Source of the DNA: an uncultured Acidobacteriota bacterium
Lineage (GTDB): Bacteria; Acidobacteriota; Thermoanaerobaculia; Multivoradales; UBA5704
Length of the DNA stretch: 64,000 nucleotides
Assembly: GCA_963770895.1 (NCBI GenBank)
Contig: CAVYRF010000002.1
Location: 4,032,001 to 4,096,000 of the forward strand
Reading direction: 5' to 3'
The notes below the pieces were generated by a model. That model was not told the origin of the DNA, made no database searches, and was given only the letters and a program-made list of their open reading frames with translations. Positions 28,077 to 64,000 of the stretch are shown piece after piece. Positions within the stretch are counted from its first letter, which is position 1. Every line of letters begins with the position of its first letter. The translations under genes and the position numbers were made by a program.

Positions 28077-28694
28077 TTACATGCTGGGGATCTCTTCGAG
28101 GTGGGGGAGCGGTGCGTCCAGGACGTCGGAAAACAGCGTCAGGACGCGCAGCGTGAGGCCCCACAGCACCTGGCCGCGGCAGCGGATGGCCGGATAGAGC
28201 ATCTGGCGGCCGTCGCGCTGCCAGTGCACGCTGCTGGCGTTGGCCGGGTCCCAGAGCTGGGTCAGCGGCTGCCAGAACGCCTCGGCCACCTCGTCGCTGC
28301 CGGCGAGCGGCGCCAGGGCGGGGCCGAGGTAGTAGACGAACGGCGACAGGATCAGCTGGCGGTCGGCCGGTCCCAGGCGCACCGGCACCTGCGACAGCCC
28401 GCCCAGGTAGTGCCGCGGGCCCAGCGCCAGGCCGACCTCTTCCAGCGTTTCGCGCTCGGCGACCGCCTGCGGGTTGGGGTCGCCGGCGTCGGCGTGCCCG
28501 CCGGGCAGGGCCAGGTGCCCCGACCAGGGATCGCCCAGCCGTTCGGCGCGCCGGATGAGGCACAGCGACAGGTCGTCGTCGGCGCCGGCCAGGACCAGCG
28601 CCACCGAGGCGCCGAGGTGGTGCGGCTGGGGTTCGACCAGGCGCGGCTGATGGCCGGCGAGGGCCTGCCTGATCTGATCGAGAAGGATGCGCAT
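28077..28694 (-). CDS. Nudix hydrolase, CoA pyrophosphatase subfamily
   Basis: IRRAERLGDPWSGHLALPGG-HADAGD...AERETLEEVGL (Nudix box with the upstream CoAse motif), then EVAEAFW and LWGLT. Alternative start GTG 28799. Confidence 0.87.
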   Translation of the reverse strand: MRILLDQIRQALAGHQPRLVEPQPHHLGASVALVLAGADDDLSLCLIRRAERLGDPWSGHLALPGGHADAGDPNPQAVAERETLEEVGLALGPRHYLGGLSQVPVRLGPADRQLILSPFVYYLGPALAPLAGSDEVAEAFWQPLTQLWDPANASSVHWQRDGRQMLYPAIRCRGQVLWGLTLRVLTLFSDVLDAPLPHLEEIPSM

Positions 28695-28875
28695 CGCTGC
28701 TCCCGGGCGGCGCGGCCGCCTGCCACGCGGCGTCATTTCCGCCGGAACCGCGCGGATAACTGACGCCAGATCGGAATGCCGCGCCGCGGCGAGGTCCACT
28801 GCCGGTTGCTATATTGCCGCTGTAGTCCCGCTGGATCGTCCACCGCCGTGCGCGGTGGCGACACTCTCATAATCG

Positions 28876-64000
<35,125 letters not shown>

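Noticed and set aside
25489-28694. coaD and a CoA-type Nudix hydrolase as dedicated NRPS cofactor-supply genes
   Set aside because: Both are common housekeeping genes and coaD sits in the recN operon. Proximity alone is not evidence, and no PPTase was seen.

Overview
Very GC-rich bacterial DNA. Gene content and style suggest Acidobacteriota (Thermoanaerobaculia-like), which is an inference. The left 29 kb holds housekeeping and accessory genes. In order these are: a TonB-dependent receptor (runs off the left edge) preceded by a CxxC...RAPP leader ORF of the DUF2946/CruR type, a subtilase with atypical catalytic residues, a lower-GC orphan membrane protein with an MntA/HepT toxin-antitoxin pair, a PaaI thioesterase coupled to an ILVBL-like ThDP enzyme, a GT-C glycosyltransferase, an S9 peptidase, a 20-bp tandem array, a degenerate radical-SAM/SPASM-like protein retaining only AuxII-type cysteines, an orphan secreted protein, recN-tsaC-S55 peptidase-beta-propeller-coaD-add, an L,D-transpeptidase and a CoA-type Nudix hydrolase. 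From 28876 to the window end is one uninterrupted NRPS reading frame of at least 11,700 aa, which is absent from the ORF track because it has no stop in the window. Its layout is ACP-[C-A-T]x9-[C-vestigial A-T]-C-A..., predicting an acyl-Gly-X-Gly-Gly-Ser-Gly-(aliphatic)-Ser-Ser-?-... peptide. All calls come from manual motif reading and no searches were run.
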